From positions 620,001 through 684,000 of the forward strand of contig OZ037836.1 in assembly GCA_964035575.1 (NCBI GenBank): DNA of 64,000 nt, written 5' to 3'. The translations under genes and the position numbers were made by a program. The notes beneath the pieces were generated by a model. It did no database searches. It worked only from the letters and a program-made list of their open reading frames with translations, and had not been told where the DNA came from. This document shows, piece by piece, positions 58,376-64,000 of the stretch (within the stretch, counting starts at the first letter, position 1; the number at the start of each line of letters is the position of its first letter). The DNA comes from Rhynchopus sp. YZ270_cl-10. Its lineage: Eukaryota.

Positions 58376-59977
58376 TAGGGGGTCCGACTCCCATGTAAAT
58401 TTTTGTCCATTTAATTATTTTTTCAGCATTGGGCCATTTCCCGGGCACCCCCGGGTGAATCCTGCCCCCAAAATAGGGTTTCTGGGCCCTGTGGGGCTAA
58501 ATTCACCCTCTAGGTACCCCAAAATATGAAAAAAATTGAAAAATATGGTGAAAAATCGGGTTTTTGGCCTTTTGGGCACTATGGCCAGTTTTGACTAAAT
58601 TTCCAAAAAAAAAATCAAAAAAAGCCCCAAGAATAGACGGAAAAAGGAGTCTCTGGCCACAATTTCGGCCCAAAAATGTGTTTTGAGTCCATTGCAAACG
58701 GTTTTTCGCCTTTTTGCCACTTTTTTTGACGATTTTTTGGTGTTTTTAGGTGCAAAAACAACCCCAGAACAACCCCAGAACAACCTCAGAACACTTTTTC
58801 ACCACATTCTGGATCAATATCTAGCCGAACTTTTTGCTGAAAACCTCCGAAAAACCACCCCTGTAAGTCAGATTATACCGAATGTTGCTCCAATTCCCAC
58901 AATAACACCCAAATCTACGGCAGAAAATCGGGGAAAAAAAACACACTTTTTTCAAAAGGTCGTCAGGCAGGGTTCCATCCCAGAACAACCCCAGAACACT
59001 TTTTCACCACATTCTGGGTCAATATCTAGCCGAACTTTTTGCTGAAAACCGCCGAAAAACCACCCCTGTGAGTCAGATTATACCGAATGGTGCTCCAATT
59101 CCCACAATAACACCCAAATCTACGTCAGAAAATCAGGGAAAAAAAACACACTTTTTTCAAAAAGCTCATTATGGAACCCTGCCTGACGACCTTTTGAAAA
59201 AAGTGTGTTTTTTTCCCCCGATTTTCTGACGTAGATTTGGGTGTTATTGTGGGAATTGGAGCACCATTCGGTATAATCTGACTTACAGGGGTGGTTTTTC
59301 GGCGGTTTTCAGCAAAAAGTTCGGCTAGATATTGACCCAGAATGTGGTGAAAAAGTGTTCTGGGGTTGTTCTGGGATGGAACCCTGCCTGACGACCTTTT
59401 GAAAAAAGTGTGTTTTTTTCCCCCGATTTTCTGCCGTAGATTTGGGTGTTATTGTGGGAATTGGAGCAACATTCGGTATAATCTGACTTACAGGGGTGGT
59501 TTTTCGGAGGTTTTCAGCAAAAAGTTCGGCTAGATATTGATCCAGAATGTGGTGAAAAAGTGTTCTGAGGTTGTTCTGGGGTTGTTCTGGGGTTGTTTTT
59601 GCACCTAAAAACACCAAAAAATCGTCAAAAAAAGTGGCAAAAAGGCAAAAAACCGTTTGCAATGGACTCAAAACACATTTTTGGGCCGAAATTGTGGCCA
59701 GAGACTCCTTTTTCCGTCTATTTTTGGGGCTTTTTTTGATTTTTTTTTTGGAAATTTAGTCAAAATTGGCCATAGTGCCCAAAAGGCCAAAAACCCGATT
59801 TTTCACCATATTTTTCAATTTTTTTCATATTTTGGGGTACCTAGAGGGTGAATTTAGCCCCACAGGGCCCAGAAACCCTATTTTGGGGGCAGGATTCACC
59901 CGGGGGTGCCCGGGAAATGGACCAATGCTGAAAAAATAATTAAATGGACAAAATTCCTTAAGGAGTCGGACCCCCTA
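58376..59977. mobile_element. 1.6-kb foldback (near-perfect palindrome) of the TAGGG-ended family, inserted in a poly-C run
   Basis: TAGGGGGTCCGACTCC ... GGAGTCGGACCCCCTA. Arms of ~790 bp with a ~27-bp spacer at ~59164-59190. Mirror ORFs 58683..59045(+) and 59309..59671(-). Each arm has an internal ~185-bp tandem repeat. Poly-C on both sides. Confidence 0.92.
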
Positions 59978-62890
59978 CCCCCCCCCCCCCCCCGCCATGG
60001 GTCTCCACTACTACTCCATCATGCTTCCACAAGGTGCAGTAGAGCACTGCGAAGAAGCCTTTGCTCAGAAAAAAAAAAGCACAAAGCTCGCGCAAAGTGA
60101 ATGCACAAACTAGAGATGTCAGCCCGGAAAAAGGAAGACTACCTAAAATAAAAGACTTTTTTTCCTTCCTTCAAAACTTCACGCATAACGCTTTTGGTAT
60201 TTGGGAGACACAACGATGCCAGCTTCTGTGGCAAAGGGAAAAAGGGAAAAAAAAGGGGGACAGGGAAATTTAGACTCCACGTTTTATCATTTGATATAAC
60301 GCTGGGTGTATGTTATCCTTTTGAATTTGGAAAAAAAAGGAATAGTTCTGAATGCAGACACCTGCGACGAAATTGAAACCGCACCCTACTTTTCCTTTTT
60401 ATGTTTTTCTCACCCCTCAAACAATGAAGCAATAAAAACAATAAAGACAAAAAGGGAGAGGTTGTGGTGAAACGCACACACCTCGACCTGTCGGTGAAGT
60501 GTGGCTCTACTCCAACCCGCCCCCAGAATAGAAGAATGAGAGTAGGGGTACGGTGTTCAATTTCCTTTTTAGCATTGCATGGAAATCATAAAGAAAAAAA
60601 AATGATCATTTTATTTTGTACGAATATGCAATATCGTCTGGAAATGAAAGACGCGTTCCTCGATTGCCATGAATCTTACCGTTTTCGCCTTCCCCCCTTT
60701 TGTGTTCCCCCGTACTTCAGGACGCGGGCTTTCGGGGGGTTTTCGGGAATTTTGGGTTTTGAAACATAAAATGGATAGATGCGATCAACAAACAACGAAT
60801 TAATATGTCATTTGCCCCCACAAACAATAACATAGTTATTTACCAACCCAACAAAGATAAAGCGTGACAACAATAAATAAAAGCAAAAAAAAAGAAGTAG
60901 TTTGAGGTTTTGTGAGGCACTCAACGAAGTGTGCCGGCTCTGTGGCGTCACGGAGCGACCAACACTCCCCAGTCATTTTTCTTGCGCATCCAGGAAAACT
61001 CGCGTATGCGACTAGGACCAAGAAAAGCTCCTGCGTCAGTTTTCTTTTTGATACACAAAAAAAAGACAAGGGAAAGGTGTGAAACGCACACACCTCTACC
61101 TGTCGGTGAAATGTGTGCCCACTCCGACCCGCCACCAGCATAGAAAAAGGAAGTGAGTTGGGGGTTAACAAGGAAGGGGAGATGCCAGCCTGGAAAAGGT
61201 GCAGTTGGCGGGGGAGAACACCTAAAATAAAAAAAGGGGGTGTTTATGCCCCCATCAGGAAAGGTGGTGAAGTGTTGACGCTTGTATCAGATGTGCAACA
61301 CATTCCAACAGCAAAGTGAAGCTGATAGTGCAAACGACTTCTGCATTTTTGTAGTACCTGCTTTTCGCGCAGGACTACCAAAAACACTACAACAAGACAG
61401 TCAACGTACGTACTGTGGGCCAGGGAGGCGCCACAGTACGGGTAGAGAGAGAGGGAGAGAGATTGTAAGAAAAGCTTAAAAAAGGGGACAAAAGGTGAAA
61501 AAAGCTTCTGTTTTTGTACTTTGTTACCATATTTTCACCAAACGGTGTGCGTAACTTTTAGAGGGAGAGAGAGAACTAACGGGGTGGGGTACAAACTGTA
61601 GTGTATTCTCAGGGGGTTTTTTTTGAACACCGTTCTATTCTCCAACCCTACAATGATAAATAGTAACTCTGATAGGTAAGTAAAAGGAAAAAAGGTTTTT
61701 TCGTTGATTGCCAATGATAATAAGCGTGAAGACAATTAAAAGCAAAAGTGAATTTGAGGTTTTACTCAACGAGTGTGTCCGGCTCTGTGGAGTCATTTCC
61801 TCTATGTAAGATACTACGGGTGCCAATAACTATCTTCACCCACACAGGAAAAACGGGGAACGAGATAGGGGGAGAGTTTGTTAGTTGTACGTAAAAATGT
61901 AAAAAATGCAATGAAAAATGAAACAACAACACACAGAGAGAACAAGGTTTTCTGACGGGAAACCATACTCCCTGTTGTGCTGCTTCTGTGGAAAGAAGTT
62001 GGGCATGATAAGAGATTCTTTGGTTCGATGAACCGAAGCCGCACCGTGCTGAGCACAAGCTAATACCAAGCAATGTATCCAGATACCTTTACTGGAACGG
62101 TGATTACGTGATTAAAAAGGGGGTGGTGGTGGAATTGATAGAGTGGAGAGGGGGAAAATCTAAACGTCCACTCTCTGTTGATTCTAAAAATGGGTAGGAA
62201 AAATCGCGAATAGAAAAAATGGGGAAAATGATGATAAATAAGAAACGAAATATTTTTTTCGTTGATCGCACCGTTTGTGAAGTGTGTAGAGACAAAATCA
62301 AAATTTTATTTTTCCTTCCTTCAAAACTTCACACACAACGCTTTTGGTTTTTGGAAGACACACAAGGTGCCAGGTTCTATGATATGCACGGAACCACCCT
62401 GCACCTGTTTGTCATATATATTGTTTCCCGTGCAATACATGAGGAAACGTTTCGCGTCGAAACTAGGGCTTTTTAAAGCTTTTTGATAAAAATTAGCGAG
62501 ATACAAAAACCAGCGCGTGTGGAAGAAAAAAGGAGAGGAAGATATTTTTTCTGATTCAAAGTGGTGTTTACGTTTTGGGTACGGGGCGGAGAATAAAATC
62601 TGTTCGATAAAAGAAACGCGAGCTTATTGTTTTATCTTGTTCAAAAAAAATTCTGGATAAGTTGTGTCGTGTTTACATCGCTCTCACCAAAAATTCGGGT
62701 ACACACACACGATTTCATTTCCTTCCCTACAACCTTTGCAAGGCAGTTGTCTCAAATACAAAGTGACTTGAAATACAAAAAACCCCTTCTGTGCACTGGT
62801 ACGTGACCAAGCACACTGGAATAAAGGAGAAGTTGAAAGTGAAAAAGAATGGCATTTGACCATTTTTGTTGTGATTAAAAAAAAGCTGTT

Positions 62891-64000
62891 CTAACGCTTG
62901 CCACGAGAGTCAGACTTGGAGTACGACTTGGGTTCGGAGTCGGAGTGGGTGTGGTCAGGGGCACGGCGGCACTCACAGAAGGCCTCCCAGCTGTCCTGGG
63001 CCTGCTTCTGGCAGTCGGAGGTCTTGTCGGACTTCTCTGGGGTTGGTGTGGGTGCGTCGTCGGTGTGGGTGTGTCCGTCGTGGTCCTTGTTGCACAAGTG
63101 GACGTGGTGCTGGTTCCGCAGGTAGTACACCGGCTCAACAAGCTGGTCGTGGCTCCACACCACACCAAAGACTCCGTGCCAGCCCGCAACAGGGAGGTCG
63201 AGGAACTTGTGGATGGCCTTGGTCGCAAGGACGCCGTCGAGCGAGAGCTCGTTGAGGCAGGTGCCGTGGAAAGCACCGACATAGGCGGCGCGCAGGATGT
63301 CACCGATGTAGGCAAAGGCAGGGCGGTAGTAGATGCTGTCGACCCAGTGCTCCCTGTCCTGCACGCTGTCCTCCTTCAGGTTCTGCACAAGGAACACGTC
63401 GCGGTCTGCGCCCCCGGTGAGCTTGTCCTCATCGAAGGAGCGGTCGCGCTTCTCGTAGGCCTCCATGCGCTTCCAGTGGTCGCTGTCCAGCACAGAGAAG
63501 AAGGACCGGCGTGGCCGAACAATCGGGTCCGACACAAGGCTGTTGGTCTGGCGCCACATCGGCACCACCGCCACCCCGTTGCTGCCCGACAGCATGTCCT
63601 CCCCGTCCCCGCCGTGCATCTCGTCCGACTGCGACGCACTCTCAGGCTCGTCGTGGCCGTACACCCCGCGGCCCTTGTTGTGGTAGAAGGACAGGCCCTT
63701 GAGCGACGCGTCGAAGCTCACGTCGCCCAGCTCCTGCGCGCGTGACTTGAGTGCCGGGCGTGTCACACGGTCCTCAATCACCTTCTCCACAAAGTCGAGG
63801 TGCTCGTTCAGGGCCGTGTTGATTCCGCGCAGCCCGTACTCCGCCGACGGGTGGAACGGTGCGCCCTCAAAGGTGGCCACAACCACAAGCCCGTAGTCCC
63901 CCAGGAGCGAGTCCTTCCCGTCCCCGCCCTCAATCGTGTCGCAGCCCCACTTTGTGTACGGGAGGCTGTTCCACTCCCAGCGCTTCTTCAGGTTCCTGCC
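62891..64000 (-). CDS. Hypothetical protein, 5' end beyond the window
   Basis: The frame is open from the window end to the stop at 62891, with GC3-rich codon usage like HSP70 and a low-complexity His/Asp/Ser tail. Family not recognised. Confidence 0.7.
   Translation of the reverse strand, partial: GRNLKKRWEWNSLPYTKWGCDTIEGGDGKDSLLGDYGLVVVATFEGAPFHPSAEYGLRGINTALNEHLDFVEKVIEDRVTRPALKSRAQELGDVSFDASLKGLSFYHNKGRGVYGHDEPESASQSDEMHGGDGEDMLSGSNGVAVVPMWRQTNSLVSDPIVRPRRSFFSVLDSDHWKRMEAYEKRDRSFDEDKLTGGADRDVFLVQNLKEDSVQDREHWVDSIYYRPAFAYIGDILRAAYVGAFHGTCLNELSLDGVLATKAIHKFLDLPVAGWHGVFGVVWSHDQLVEPVYYLRNQHHVHLCNKDHDGHTHTDDAPTPTPEKSDKTSDCQKQAQDSWEAFCECRRAPDHTHSDSEPKSYSKSDSRGKR

Noticed and set aside
54300..62500. 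Many short ORFs in AT-rich sequence
   Set aside because: Dispersed non-coding repeats (e.g. the block at ~55765, 56905 and 60443) and homopolymer runs; no coding signature.

Overview
Eukaryotic genomic DNA, most likely euglenozoan (diplonemid- or kinetoplastid-like). This is inferred from the HSP70 N-terminus [29 protein letters not shown], the euglenozoan-type adenylate cyclase core, and nearly intron-free host genes that all lie on the minus strand. Host genes: a cytosolic HSP70 (partial); five ubiquitin-like + BspA-type LRR paralogues (three end in a CaaX box, three are broken by insertions); a secreted Sushi/5xCUB/WD40 protein; a partial hypothetical gene; and the standout, a 1446-aa single-ORF protein. 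That protein fuses signal peptide - class I heme peroxidase - DOMON - cytochrome b561 - cytochrome b5 - adenylate cyclase - degenerate cyclase - Zn finger, and is a candidate trans-membrane redox/peroxide-sensing receptor cyclase. The rest is a dense transposon landscape: a full-length APE-RT LINE with an OTU protease and a degenerate RNase H in ORF1, an intact DD37E Tc1-like element, an intact hAT, several MITEs with traceable TSDs, and a TAGGG-ended family with 11-bp TSDs in G/C runs (including a 1.6-kb palindrome). There is also a nest of five elements, a 1.2-kb (ACCATAGT)n satellite, and an ADP-ribosyltransferase fragment inserted antisense in an LRR gene. All domain calls come from reading motifs by eye; no searches were run.
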